In this document: positions 40,611 through 54,300 of the stretch, piece by piece
How the letters are laid out: each line of letters starts with the position of its first letter
How positions within the stretch are numbered: the first letter of the stretch is position 1
Assembly: GCF_001194135.2 (NCBI RefSeq)
Contig: NC_068985.1
Coordinates: 8,837,528 to 8,901,527 of the forward strand
DNA length: 64,000 nt
Origin: Octopus bimaculoides
Lineage: Eukaryota
Reading direction: 5' to 3'
Notes under the pieces: model-generated
Seen by the model: only the letters and a program-made list of their open reading frames with translations
Database searches by the model: none
Told to the model about the DNA's origin: nothing
Position numbers and translations under genes: made by a program

Positions 40611-41274
40611 AAGTTTTAAAATATATTTTGGTTATGCAACCCGTTGTTTTGGGTACCTTATTCTAAAGAGTAACCGTTGATTATCTATTACCCTTTTTTC
40701 TCGTGCACATTTGTGAATGAAGATGGATTTTGTGTCCTTTCTCCCACCTCAAAATTTTATGTTTCATTTTAGCAGATGACTATTCTATTACAGAGTTTTT
40801 ACCAACTACCGCGGGCGTTTTTCAAACTGGATAACCAAATACCATGTGGTATTAATACTTAATTGATGTACTTGTAAGAAATGTCTTTCTTATAAATTCA
40901 CAGGAATGATCGATCACTGGATTTTTAAATATTTGTATAGTTTGTAAAGAAACTTAATGTTTTCGTATGTGTAGCCCTGCCGCCTAAAGCCCATTAATTA
41001 TCTTCCCTCGATATAGTACTGAACCAATTAATTATGCTCTAATTCAAATGACACTGGTGTTAACATCCTGTTTATCCATTCATAATCGATAACTTATTAT
41101 AACAGTGAATTATATGCATCTATATCTACTGTAACCTCCAGAAAAGCAAGCAGCCTTGTGTTTACTTTGCAAACTGATATTTTTACTGATATTTTTTCTT
41201 TTCTTCTCATTTGATCAGAAAAATTAATTTCAATAACGAATATCTTCAAATATTGCCTTGCATATATCGGTTTC

Positions 41275-41470
41275 AAATTTTGGCACTAGGCCAGCAATTT
41301 CGGGGGAGTGGGTAAGTCGATTACATCCACCCTGATGTTCAAATAGTGTTTACTTTATCGACTGCAAAAAACATGAAAGCAAAGTCGACCTCAGCGGAAT
41401 TTGAACTCAGAACGGACGAAGTACCAAGCATTTTGATCCAGCATGCTAACCATTCCGCCAGCTCGCCGCC
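41275..41470 (-). mobile_element. SINE family B
   Basis: Ends in ttccgccagctcgccgcc, the reverse complement of the head. Confidence 0.82.
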
Positions 41471-42094
41471 GAAGTACTTTGTAAACATTAGTACTCAGTA
41501 TTTAACTTATTAAAATGCTTAGAATACTATTTCAGGCTTATATTTTTATCAAGTACTATTAGTTAATCTTTTACCATCTTTGGAACACAGTTTTCTGTTA
41601 GTGATTCTGAAACTTGTATTCAACAACGATTCTTTCTGTTTTATTTCCTTCTGTCACATTATCGAATTTTCCTTTGATAAGTCTCAAGATAGTCGGTAAA
41701 ATTTGATTGTGGCGCCAATCAAATCATTTGCTTAAGTGCTCCATGACAGTTTGTCAATATATGAACCGGAATATAACACTTGCATCTGCAAATGCAAACA
41801 CTCTCTTCTACTGGAATAGTTCCATATTTCCCGTGCACTGATGTAGATGTAATTTCATTGAGAAACAAAATTTGTCTTTGCAGACCCAGTCGGATTCGGT
41901 GATTGCCTTAACCTGCATAACCGACATGATGATATCATCGGAAAACGAAATCTTCGTAACACACATGTAACACTTGCATGAGACTATTTCGTTTCAGTTG
42001 CTCCATTAGTATTTTTAGCAATAGTCTGACGATTATCTCAAATTTGTTTCCTAAAATAAGAAACGACATGTTAGTTTCAGACTGCTAACGTCGC

Positions 42095-42264
42095 TGTGTA
42101 GTTAAGAAGCTTATTTTCTAATCATGTGGTCTTGGGATCAATCCTGCGGTAAGACGGCTTGAACAATAGTCTTCTGCTATTGCTGTGAACCGACCAAAGC
42201 CTTATGAATGGATTTGGTAAACGAAACTGAAGAAACTCGCCGTGTGCGTATGTGTATATATGTA

Positions 42265-42319
<55 letters not shown>

Positions 42320-42411
42320 NNNNNNNNNNNNNNNNNNNNNNNNNNNNNNNNNNNNNNNNNNNNNNNNNNNNNNNNNNNNNNNNNNNNNNNNNNNNNNNNN
42401 NNNNNNNNNNN

Positions 42412-42463
<52 letters not shown>

Positions 42464-42798
42464 GGGTAGATATACAGATAGATAGATACATACATACATA
42501 CATACATACATACATACATACATACGTACATACACATATGCATACATACATGCACAGACAGACAGACTGCAGACAGACAGATAAATAGATAGAAAATGTG
42601 TGTGTGCCTTTGTGTCTGTGTGTGTTCACCCACCATCGCTTGACAACCGATGTTGGTGTACTAATATCCCCGTAACTTAGCAGTTCGGCAAAAGGAGCCG
42701 ATAGAATAAGTACTAGGTTTACAAAGAATAAGTTCTGGGGGTGCTTTGTTTGACTAAAGGCGGTGCTCCAGCATGGCCTCAGTCAAACGACTGAAATA
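42095..42798 (+). mobile_element. SINE family A with expanded internal compound microsatellite and gap
   Basis: 5' half at about 42095-42245 and 3' half at about 42610-42798 flank a TA/GA/CATA tract. Confidence 0.78.
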
Positions 42799-43029
42799 GT
42801 CTCCGTTTCCATAGTCATTTTGTTTCTTCTTACCGGAATAATGATCATATGTCGTTCACAAATATTGCCTTTTCCACATTCCTGTGTATTTTTCTCAATA
42901 AGATATCTGAATATATAATAAACCATCAATGGAATAGATATGCTGAAGTGGTCGTAGTAGCTCGTAATATCGATCGCATTCCAATACTGACTGAGCACCT
43001 ACGATATATCAATATTATGACATTACTCC

Positions 43030-43245
43030 TGGTGGTGAGTTGGCAGAAGTGTTAGCATACCGGTCGAAATGCTTAGCGATAGTTTGTCCGTTTTTACGTT
43101 CTTATTTCAAATTCTGCCGAAGTCAACTTTGCCTTTCATCCTCTCGGGTCTATAAACTCTAAGTTCCAGCTAAACAATGGAGTTGATATAATCGACTTAC
43201 TAACTTCCCTGAAATTGCTGGCCTTGTGCTAAAATTTGAAACCAT
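43030..43245 (+). mobile_element. SINE family B
   Basis: ggtgagttggcagaagtgttagcataccggtcgaaatgcttagcg...aaattgctggccttgtgc. Confidence 0.82.
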
Positions 43246-43269
43246 TATTATCAGATTACTTTAGCCAGA

Positions 43270-44050
43270 AACCAAGTTGGGAGAGCTGAGCGGATGGGCT
43301 TCATCATAGGCATGATCAATGATGTGTAGTGACCCCCTGTAGTGACCCCCTTCGTCATTCCAGCTGAGGAAAAATTTTATGATGAGGAATTCGTTATGGA
43401 CTCCATTATACAGCGTCAAATGGGAACAAGTAAAACTCACACACCTTGACTCCACCAATAATTTAGTACTGCTTAGTACCACAACTACCGTAATGCAAGA
43501 CATGGCCTTCAATCTTGACAATGGTCCAGAAGCAATTTATTCGTCTCATGTAGGGCAAATTCTGGAGATCGTTGATGTGACTGATTTGTTCACATTCTTC
43601 GGTGATTGAAAATGATGAAACGTGCCTTGGAAAAGAGCAACGACGATGATGCGGTTTGTCCTCCAGTGTGTGACGCCTATATGGACAAACCCCTTCAAAT
43701 AGCAAGGCGCCAAACTCCACCTGTAAACAACTGTCCTCGTTCCAGCAATGAGTTATTCCTGTGAGACAAGGAAAAAGACATCCGAATCTAAAAATGTTTA
43801 GATGCCTTGCAAAGAGGTTAGCATGCTAAAAATCTTTGCATGGGGCAGCATAACGAATAAATAAGCTGTGGTAAAGGACGATCTGAGAAGCCTATGGGAT
43901 ACCATCACTGTGATTTGCAGAATATGCTGGGCTACGTAATACGCATGCTCAAAAAACAAGCCAAGATGAGCCTCTCCAGAATGTAAGCCAGAGGTTGCAT
44001 AGAAGGTTGCATACATATAAGGATCTGATTGAAAACTGTGGCGTGATAGA
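43270..44050 (+). pseudogene. Decayed RTE-type LINE reverse transcriptase fragment
   Basis: LTHLDSTNNLVLLS...MQ (LTDLDFADDIALLS-like), QILEIV..LFTFFG (LE.V..F.YLG-like) and TTVLVPAMSYSCET (V.S.LLYGCETW-like), in the expected order. Confidence 0.7.
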
Positions 44051-45189
44051 TATGATCCTGGTTTGGTAGCAGGCTCATGACAGGTCATACGATAGTACTG
44101 CATGGAGAACTCACTTCACTCAATGTTCAGAAGTAGGAGCAGCTAAGATCTATAGAAACATTTCCTTTTATTTTCATTCGCTCATATTTTCCTTAATACA
44201 GTTCATAATTATCCCAATTCTGTAGCAAAAGGAATAATAATGATGCGTTTCTTGAATGCAATTTCATTATTTAAATGAGTTTACAGGGGCCCGCTGTTGC
44301 TACTTCACTACAATATTAGAATAAAGACAGATAGGTATCTTTTCTTCAGTACGACGCTGTATTTTGGTGGATAAAATCCTGCTAAGAAGCTATTCTCTAG
44401 AGATGTGTGAGCTGAGATTAAGTGCATATGTCCTGACAAGAGAAGAACTTACAACAGAGTTGCTCCAGTTCGCAACCCAAGAGCTGTTAGTTTAATACTT
44501 TGGTTCACTCTACCACATTACTGCCACACCATCTCATTTAATTATATTTTTCAACACAAGCATTATTGTTCATCGTATAAACAATTTACACAAGCGAATC
44601 TATGTGTATATTTCTATATGCTGATGTAAATAATAATTACATAGATTATTAAAATATAGCATACTGACATTTCCAATCTCAAATCTTTACCAGCTTAAGC
44701 AATTTAGAAATAAAGATGCCTTTAATTCGAATTGCTCATATCTACACTATTGTTACCTAGTTGCCGCATTTGTCTTGCATTCAGGTATACACTGCTTGAA
44801 GTATCAATGGAAAACGAATGTCTTTCTCAGACAGGAATTACTTGTATTCATTCTTTAAGCATAAACTTGGTAAAAGGCCAATTTTGGCAGGGACAGCATA
44901 CAGACGATCGATCGATTTCATTTCAGCCGGATTTAAACTGCAAACCTGAAGAGAAGTATCTAAAGTTGCAAGGCGGGTGGAATGTTGTCTAATTTACCTG
45001 GGAAATATGCAGAAAATAATTTAAGCTTTAACTGAGTCCGTACGTGTTTTTATCTAATATTGCATGCACGCATGTATGTATTTATGTATGCATGTATGTA
45101 TGTATGTATGTATGTTTGTATGTATGTATGTACGTATGTATGTATTGTATGTATGTATGTATGTATGTATATGCGTATATATTCCTATA

Positions 45190-46111
45190 TTCTTTTATAC
45201 TTGTAGTTGTTTCAGTCATTAAGTTGGGGCACCGCCTTAGCTGAACGAATAGCCCCCCCCCCCCACTCGCCCCTAGTACATTTTTTTTTAAATCTGGTAT
45301 TTATTTAACTGATTTCATTTGCCGAAACCATTAAGATGTAGGGACGTAAACACACCAACACTAGCTGTCAATCGGTGGTGTGAAACAAGCACATACAGAC
45401 ACATGCACTCATATATGTATATATATATATATATATATNNNNNNNNNNNNNNNNNNNNNNNNNNNNNNNNNNNNNNNNNNNNNNNNNNNNNNNNNNNNNN
45501 NNNNNNNNNNNNNNNNNNNNNNNNNNNNNNNNNNNNNNNNNNNNNNNNNNNNNNNNNNNNNNNNNNNNNNNNNNNNNNNNNNNNNNNNNNNNNNNNNNNN
45601 NNNNNNNNNNNNNNNNNNNNNNNNNNNNNNNNNNNNNNNNNNNNNNNNNNNNNNNNNNNNNNNNNNNNNNNNNNNNNNNNNNNNNNNNNNNNNNNNNNNN
45701 NNNNNNNNNNNNNNNNNNNNNNNNNNNNNNNNNNNNNNNNNNNNNNNNNNNNNNNNNNNNNNNNNNNNNNNNNNNNNNNNNNNNNNNNNNNNNNNNNNNN
45801 NNNNNNNNNNNNNNNNNNNNNNNNNNNNNNNNNNNNNNNNNNNNNNNNNNNNNNNNNNNNNNNNNNNNNNNNNNNNNNNNNNNNNNNNNNNNNNNNNNNN
45901 NNNNNNNNNNNNNNNNNNNNNNNNNNNNNNNNNNNNNNNNNNNNNNNNNNNNNNNNNNNNNNNNNNNNNNNNNNNNNNNNNNNNNNNNNNNNNNNNNNNN
46001 NNNNNNNNNNNNNNNNNNNNNNNNNNNNNNNNNNNNNNNNNNNNNNNNNNNNNNNNNNNNNNNNNNNNNNNNNNNNNNNNNNNNNNNNNNNNNNNNNNNN
46101 NNNNNNNNNNN

Positions 46112-46169
<58 letters not shown>

Positions 46170-46338
46170 GAGGGTTTTCTTTCAATTTCCGTCTACCAAA
46201 TCCACTTACAAGGGTTTAGTTGGCCCGAGTCTATATTAGAAGACACTTGCCCAGCCCAAGATGACATGCAGTGGGACTGAACCCAGACAATATGTGGTTG
46301 GGAAGCAAGCTTCTTATCACACAGCCACGCCTGCACCT
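45190..46338 (-). mobile_element. SINE family A split by internal (TA)n and an assembly gap
   Basis: 3' half at 45190-45400 and 5' half at about 46165-46338, same orientation. Confidence 0.8.
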
Positions 46339-46768
46339 AGGATATATATATATATATACGTTCGAACCTCCCTCCCTGCGCTCCATCATATGTAGTAGTG
46401 TGTTTCTCCCAGCAGAGCCAAAACCGTGGTTTCATCTAAGCTCTTTCCCTGCCAGAAAAATATATAAAAGCTTTTGCGTTGAGTTTTCTTGTAGTGTTGT
46501 GATGTTCACTTGAAATGTTAACTCTTGGTTATTAATTGCCGAAGTTTATCGCGTGTGGCTGATCTTCAGGACCTAATCTGGTAATCCCATGATTATAGTC
46601 AGTACGTTCGAGCATTCTAATCTAATCTGAGTAATGGATTCTTTTATCTTTTTGTTATGCCTGATACGATGTCAACCAACCGTGACTCGGGACATTTGTA
46701 TCCCTAAGCCTTATACATCCATTTAGGCGTGGTACTGAGTCGAGACGGCACCTAATTGGCAAGGGATT

Positions 46769-46831
<63 letters not shown>

Positions 46832-47776
46832 TGGTGGACAGATGGACATACAAAGACATACTTAAAGGAGAATCGGGATAAATTGGATTTTCAGAAAGAG
46901 AAATCAACTGGCAATTTCGTACATTACAAGTGCAATCTGTGAGTAGAACAGTAAAAATATGCAAGACTTTTCTCAAGTTCCAAATGTGAATTTGTCTGTG
47001 TTAACTACATCCCAAAGATGGAACATTGTTTCTTTATTGGAAACCGGTTCCCTCCGCAGAGGAAGATTTCTAATAATTAAAAAGTAGAAGAGACATACAT
47101 ACAACAAAAGTGTGTGATGCATGTATGTGTATGTATGTGTGTTTTTTTTGTGTATGTGTATATATATTGCTGTATAACTGTGTGCGAATGGTTGTATCAA
47201 AGAATAAATACGAGTATTTCGTTATGTTTACTTTTTATACAAACGCGTGATTTCTAACGTACCAGTGGAATTTTACTGAGCTGACATTTAGAACAATCAC
47301 GTTATCGACCGACTGTTCATCTAAGGAATGTTAGGTTATTCCTACAACTAGAATGAATTATCCAACGAGATGGATTTTGACAGCAAACAGAAGAGGAAGA
47401 TCACATAACACACTGGGATGCGTCTGATTTAGATAATTCTGTATAAGAATATATATATGGTAATCTGAACTGATTCTCTTAGAGGATGTAAGTACATCAG
47501 AAACATTATTTTTTCTAATGATATTTGCTCTTAGGTAATACGTACACATACATGTTGTGCGTTCAAGAAAGTTGACTACAGAACGGGTTGCTACGGGAGG
47601 TTTACGCAGTACATGGAGATAAACCAGTAGTTGTTGACATGGATTGATTTTTACAGAACTTGATGAAACAATTGTAAAATAATAAATGTTAATAACTAAT
47701 TCCATTCTTTGGTATTATTTTATTGTGTGTGTGTATGTGTGTGTGTGCGTGTGCGTGTGTGTGCGTGTGTGTGTGA

Positions 47777-48086
47777 TGTGCGGCTTAGTGGTTAGGGTAT
47801 TCGGCATACGATCGCATGGTTCTGAGTTTGATTCACCAGGGCGCGTTGTGCCCTTGAGAGAGAGCGTCATTTCACTCTCCTCGAGTCCACTCATCTCGCA
47901 AAAATTGACTTGTGCCTATAAGGGCCAACCTTGTCACTTACGGTTTCACACTGAATCTCTCGGAGAGTTACGTTAAGGGAAGACATGTCCATGAAGTGAT
48001 CAGCCATTTCCACCTTCATTTCACGAGCAGGCTGTTCTGTCGAGCGGATGAACTGCAACATTGGTTGTTGTAACCGACGAAATGCG
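47777..48086 (+). mobile_element. SINE related to family C (shared 3' tail, different middle), diverged
   Basis: tRNA-like head gcggcttagtggttaggg...gagtttgattc; middle ttgtgcccttgag...gtccactca; tail homologous to 11850-12010. Confidence 0.7.
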
Positions 48087-48153
48087 TTATATATATATAT
48101 GTGTGTGAGTATATATATATATATTGGAAGTTTTGGAGGTGATGTACAGGAAT

Positions 48154-48472
48154 TATATATTAGAAAAAATAATCGGGTACTCAGATATCTGGATGGTTGT
48201 ATATTTACAGATTTTTATTAATATGTCATGTTTTATAAATATTTGCGCTTGAACCTATTCTTGTAGGGTTTTCAAATTTTGATTTCACTTTCAGAGGATG
48301 TCTCTTTTTATAGTATTATTCTATAAAAAGAAACATCCTCTGAAAATGAAATAAAAATTTGAAAACCCTACAAGAGAATAGGTGCAAGCGCTAATTTATA
48401 AACCATGTGACATTTGAATAAAAATCTGTAAATGTACAACCATCCAGATATCTGAGTACCTGATTCTTTTTC

Positions 48473-48482
<10 letters not shown>
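48154..48482. repeat. Fold-back palindrome, about 160-bp arms, 7-nt loop
   Basis: 48154-48313 is the reverse complement of 48321-48482 (for example ggtactcagatatctggatggttgta versus tacaaccatccagatatctgagtacc); loop tattatt. Confidence 0.92.
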
Positions 48483-48515
<33 letters not shown>

Positions 48516-49470
48516 ACTTGTTTTGCTTATTACTTAATTTTTATTTACTGAGTTCTCCCTTCAATAATAATACGAATAATAATCTTTATTTAAGTAACTT
48601 CAAATCTCGTTATTTCTAAAGAACTATTGATATTTTGATATCCATATTATAGTCTAATCCTATATCTATGGGGCATTTTTGTAATAGTGTTTTATAGCTC
48701 TAAATGTATCTTCATATTTATTATGGAATTCTCCCTACGATAAATTGAGAAAAACAAAGGAAATTTTTGTTAAGTTTCTATGCATATTTATTGAGGGAAT
48801 TCTCTCTCCGATAAACAATAAATCTAGAACACTTTTATTAGTTACTTCAAAAAACTTTTTTATATCAATAAATTTAAATAAATAGAAGATTTATTATATA
48901 TTAAAAAAAATAATTATCATTTAAATCTTTTTACACGTTTTATTACAGTTTATAGATTAAGTAAGACCCTGATACTTAATCATATACATATATATTATTG
49001 TTGTATAATAGCAAAAGATTGTCTTGAGATATATAGATATATATTTCGATAGTTGTATATTCTACTTAATTGTTTTGTCCGTTATGATTTTGTTTTTTGT
49101 TTTTTTATTTTTAATGTAAGTGATATGTAGTTGAATGGCTAACGTTCATGCTCATAATATATAGGCATCTGAATTAATTTTTTCACAACCCAGCAATACT
49201 TTCATAAGGAATTTCGTTTGTCTTCACACCAATACCCTGATGTGACGTATATATACAGGAAATGAATTGTTTATATATTAAAAGATGCATATAAGTCGAA
49301 ACAAATTGTTGGCATTTTTGGTTGTTTAAATAATTGGTTATGTTATATTATATTCATTGCATATTATTTTATATTATAATATAAATAGATTATTTGATTG
49401 TCAATTGTATCTCTCTAAATTATTGTTTGTAATTTATATGTATATACATATATATATAAATATATATATG

Positions 49471-49513
<43 letters not shown>

Positions 49514-51112
49514 TATGTATATAGATACATATATATGCACACATATATGTACATGTATGTACGTGTCTGTGTACGCATGTATGTATGTGCCTATGTAAAA
49601 GCATATGTATATGTATATATACATGTGTGTATGTATAGATAGGTAGAGAGAGAGAGGGATAGACGAGTATATCTCTCACGAAAATGTTCAGTGCTTTCTT
49701 TAACAGATCGAGTACTTGATTGTGTAGAGACTAGGAACATTTTTCTTTCGTCTTCCTTTGGACAGCCACGTAATCTATATTGATTTAATACCCTCTACGA
49801 TATCAACCGTAAGACGTAAAATATAGTTTCATCTATTTACCATGAATTCATGTTCAGAATATTTCAATCTACCTCGTTGGTTCATATGTTACGTCAATGA
49901 TATTCTCTGGGTGATGTATCATATATATATTTGTATTTTTCTTTTAACATTCCTCTCAGCCATTCTTGTCACCGCATTGGGTATCTGATTTCCTCAACAG
50001 GTTTTTGGTTTCTTTTCACATCAATAGCTGCTCGGTTTTGAGCCACTTAAATTCCTTTCTTTTTAGGTTCCACCAATACACTCATGACACTTTGAACTCC
50101 ATGTCTTCGTCTTTATTGCTTGTTTCTTCTTTATTTATTTTGATTATTTCTCTCAACACAATATCATGGTTCATAGAGAGGTAACACATTGAGGACATAG
50201 GCTTATAATAGACAATCCTAGACGACACTGTAGTTAATCTGTTAAGTATTAGTTTAATAGAACTTAAATTTGTTGACCATCGAAACTTTGGTAGAATTTG
50301 GGTAGAAGCTGCGTGTTTGGATTCTAGGTTTAGTCCTGAATTACACAGACCCAATCCTCAAAGAGGAAATGTAATTTTGTCGGTACAGACATTTAGCAGA
50401 CATTTTGTAGATTTATTTTCTGAATAAGGGGAGAAGGTGAGGAGATGGGAAGGTGGGTAAGTGGTGAGCTTCGAATTTCAAGCAGCTTCGTTTGTACATG
50501 ATATATTGGTTTTGTTTTTAATTGTATTAGAAGCTATTAGCGGATGTTCCTGGTGCGGAAGAGCTGCAATGCTTTGTTTGTTTGTTTTTTTCTTCATACC
50601 TCATCATATCAAATTAACTGTCTAAATAAAGATTTGTAACTTGGGCTAAATTTATATGATGAAGAAGAATAGTGGATGAAAACGTCGAAGGAATGGAAGA
50701 ATGAATATAAAACACAGAAGACAGAGTACCGAATAAACCTGACAATATCCCTTTAAAAGATATTACTGTAGCTGTTAGAAAACCTCATCAACCACGCAAC
50801 AGAGATGTCGTCTGTATGTTACATTACTACACGAGATATAGCGAACAAGTATCGATACCTCTAGTTAGTTAATAAAGGCTTTATCGTAAAAAGAGACATT
50901 ATCACAATCTATTAGAATTATTCTTAAACCTGTCTCAGTCATTAAGTTGTAGCCATGCTGGAGCACCGTCTTCTTATGAATATTTTACAAATCAACACTT
51001 GTAGCTATTTAAAACATGTTACGTATTCTATTACTCTCTTTTTGCCGACATAAGTTATTAATCTGTGGGTGACAAACACACGCGCACACAGACACGCGTG
51101 CACGGACGCACA

Positions 51113-51160
<48 letters not shown>

Positions 51161-51189
51161 CACATACAAACACACTTACACACACAGAT

Positions 51190-51220
<31 letters not shown>

Positions 51221-51482
51221 NNNNNNNNNNNNNNNNNNNNNNNNNNNNNNNNNNNNNNNNNNNNNNNNNNNNNNNNNNNNNNNNNNNNNNNNNNNNNNNN
51301 NNNNNNNNNNNNNNNNNNNNNNNNNNNNNNNNNNNNNNNNNNNNNNNNNNNNNNNNNNNNNNNNNNNNNNNNNNNNNNNNNNNNNNNNNNNNNNNNNNNN
51401 NNNNNNNNNNNNNNNNNNNNNNNNNNNNNNNNNNNNNNNNNNNNNNNNNNNNNNNNNNNNNNNNNNNNNNNNNNNNNNNNNN

Positions 51483-51538
<56 letters not shown>

Positions 51539-51839
51539 AAAGGAAAGCAGCTAGTCGTAAAATCTCAATGACATGAGAGTAGTAACTATACTAACAAGTA
51601 AAGTTAGTCGCCACATCAATATGGCTGTTCAATGTTACAACTAGTTTTACCCGGAGCAGATCTTCCGTCAGCTGGTTATAGGTGCGGTCTGTACCCTGTA
51701 TATATATTGCAAGCAGGGAAGCAGACTCTTACCACCTACCAGCAGATGACAGGATCGCGAGACTTATTCGGTTTCGAGACCGATGGCCACTTTGTTTTCT
51801 ATGTATTGATTGTTGAAGCAGAATCTGGCAATCTCTCTA

Positions 51840-52080
51840 ACGACGCGTGTTCACGACTGAGCGGAATTGAACTTAGGACGTGAAGACGGATGAAATACCG
51901 CTAAACATTTTGCTCGGATTCTATCAGCTAACGATTCTATCAGCTCACCGCCTTAATAATTCTTTCTGCCAAAGGCACTAGGCCTGAAATTTGGCAGAGG
52001 GGCGGGTCCAGTCGATTACATCGACCCTAGTTCGCAACTGGTACTTAATTATCGACCCTGAACGAATGAAAGGCAAATTG
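51840..52080 (-). mobile_element. SINE family B, rearranged (head segment then tail segment)
   Basis: gcggaattgaactt...gattctatcagctcaccgcctt followed by aggcactaggcctgaaattt...atcgaccctgaacgaatgaaaggcaaa. Confidence 0.75.
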
Positions 52081-53160
52081 TATTTTAAACGAAAGATTCG
52101 TTAAGATAAGCTTTGCATTTATTTTCAATAATATTATTAAATGTTTTTCTGTTATTTCTTGGTGAAACAAGTATGTTTATATAAATTCATTTAATATTTC
52201 TGTTAGTTTATATTCTGATAAACGTAAAGTTGATAATGTCACGTTTATAATTTTAGTTTAACCTAAAACTTAGATATGATAAGTATTACATTTATTCTTA
52301 ATAATATTGTTAAACATTTTCGATCGATTTATTTTCATCGATTTTATTTTATATTATTTTCTATTTGAAAATTTGGTTATGAAACACGTGTAGTCGTTTT
52401 ATTATTTTAATGATTAATAAGTTCGTACTTTATTATAGTTCTTTTTAGTGTATTTACTTATTAAATTTTTCTATATGTGACAGTCGATTTTCATGGATGA
52501 GTTCATGAACTTTGGTTCTTTTCTCTAAATTATATATTTATATATTATATACTGTAAAACTTAATTCAATTTTAATTTTTGATAAATTGAATTTAATTGA
52601 GTTTTTACCTGTAAATTTGGATTTTTATCCCTAACATTATTATCATATATACGATGGGCTGCTTTTCAGTTTCTGTCAACCAAATCCACTANNNNNNNNN
52701 NNNNNNNNNNNNNNNNNNNNNNNNNNNNNNNNNNNNNNNNNNNNNNNNNNNNNNNNNNNNNNNNNNNNNNNNNNNNNNNNNNNNNNNNNNNNNNNNNNNN
52801 NNNNNNNNNNNNNNNNNNNNNNNNNNNNNNNNNNNNNNNNNNNNNNNNNNNNNNNNNNNNNNNNNNNNNNNNNNNNNNNNNNNNNNNNNNNNNNNNNNNN
52901 NNNNNNNNNNNNNNNNNNNNNNNNNNNNNNNNNNNNNNNNNNNNNNNNNNNNNNNNNNNNNNNNNNNNNNNNNNNNNNNNNNNNNNNNNNNNNNNNNNNN
53001 NNNNNNNNNNNNNNNNNNNNNNNNNCGAGAAAAATTGTTTGTGTATGAACGCTGTGAGACACGAACTTGAAAGTAGGGACAAAGTGGTTCGCGTGTTAGC
53101 TCGGCGACAGCCAAGGAAGGAAAGGATTATTGACCGGAAGCATGTGACCATGCCGGTGTA

Positions 53161-53490
53161 AGGGGAAGAGAGAGAGTGGCAGAGGGAGAAACAAAGGGAG
53201 GAAGTAGAAGAATAGGTGAGCAACGAGAGGAAAAGAGAAAGAGAGGAAGTACGAGGGGGAAAAAAGAGATACGTAGTAGTAACAGAGGAAGAACGAGAGG
53301 GGTAAAGCGAGATACGTAGTAGTAGAGGGGAAGAGAGAGAGTGGTAGAGGGAGAAACAAAGGGAGGTAATAGAAGAATAGGTGAGCAACGAAAGGAAAAG
53401 AGAAGAGAAGAAGTACAAGGGGGAAAAAAGATATACGTAGTAGTAACAGAGGAAGAACGAGAGGGGTAAAGTGAGATACGTAGTAGTAAA
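53161..53490. repeat. Purine-rich tandem repeat, 165-bp unit x2
   Basis: aggggaagagagagagtgg recurs at 53161 and 53326 with colinear downstream sequence. Confidence 0.85.
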
Positions 53491-54265
53491 GAGGAAGAAC
53501 GAGGGGGGGGATGAAGGAGGAAGAGAAAGAGAAAGAGATAGAGTAGCGTCGGAAAATATGAAGTTACGAAAAACTACTTACAATTGGAGACGCTGCATTC
53601 AATCATGTAAAAACAAACAGTAAATGAGTATATGCATATATACGTACAGGTATGTGCATACCGACATCCACCTGTATGTATAGGTGCATATCTGGGTACA
53701 GGACATTGCAAACAAAACAGAGACGAAAAACACACAAGCCACATAGAGAACATTCTACTTCATCAGCTANNNNNNNNNNNNNNNNNNNNNNNNNNNNNNN
53801 NNNNNNNNNNNNNNNNNNNNNNNNNNNNNNNNNNNNNNNNNNNNNNNNNNNNNNNNNNNNNNNNNNNNNNNNNNNNNNNNNNNNNNNNNNNNNNNNNNNN
53901 NNNNNNNNNNNNNNNNNNNNNNNNNNNNNNNNNNNNNNNNNNNNNNNNNNNNNNNNNNNNNNNNNNNNNNNNNNNNNNNNNNNNNNNNNNNNNNNNNNNN
54001 NNNNNNNNNNNNNNNNNNNNNNNNNNNNNNNNNNNNNNNNNNNNNNNNNNNNNNNNNNNNNNNNNNNNNNNNNNNNNNNNNNNNNNNNNNNNNNNNGTGA
54101 GACACGAACTTGAAAGTAGGGACAAAGTGGTTCGCGTGTTAGCTCGGCGACAGCCAAGGAAGGAAACGATTATTGATATATATATATATATATATATATA
54201 TGGAACAGCATATGAATCGTTGGCAATTTCCTTCCTCGATCTTCCTTTCTATTGGACTTTCCTCT

Positions 54266-54300
54266 GTTTCTGAAGAAGAACTTTGCTCGAAACGTTAAAC
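54266..54300 (+). ncRNA. Minimal type-I hammerhead motif, intact core
   Basis: GUUU-CUGAAGA-A-GAAC(uuu)GCUC-GAAAC-GU-U-AAAC; one mismatch in stem II; flanking sequence related to 38391-38460. Confidence 0.65.
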
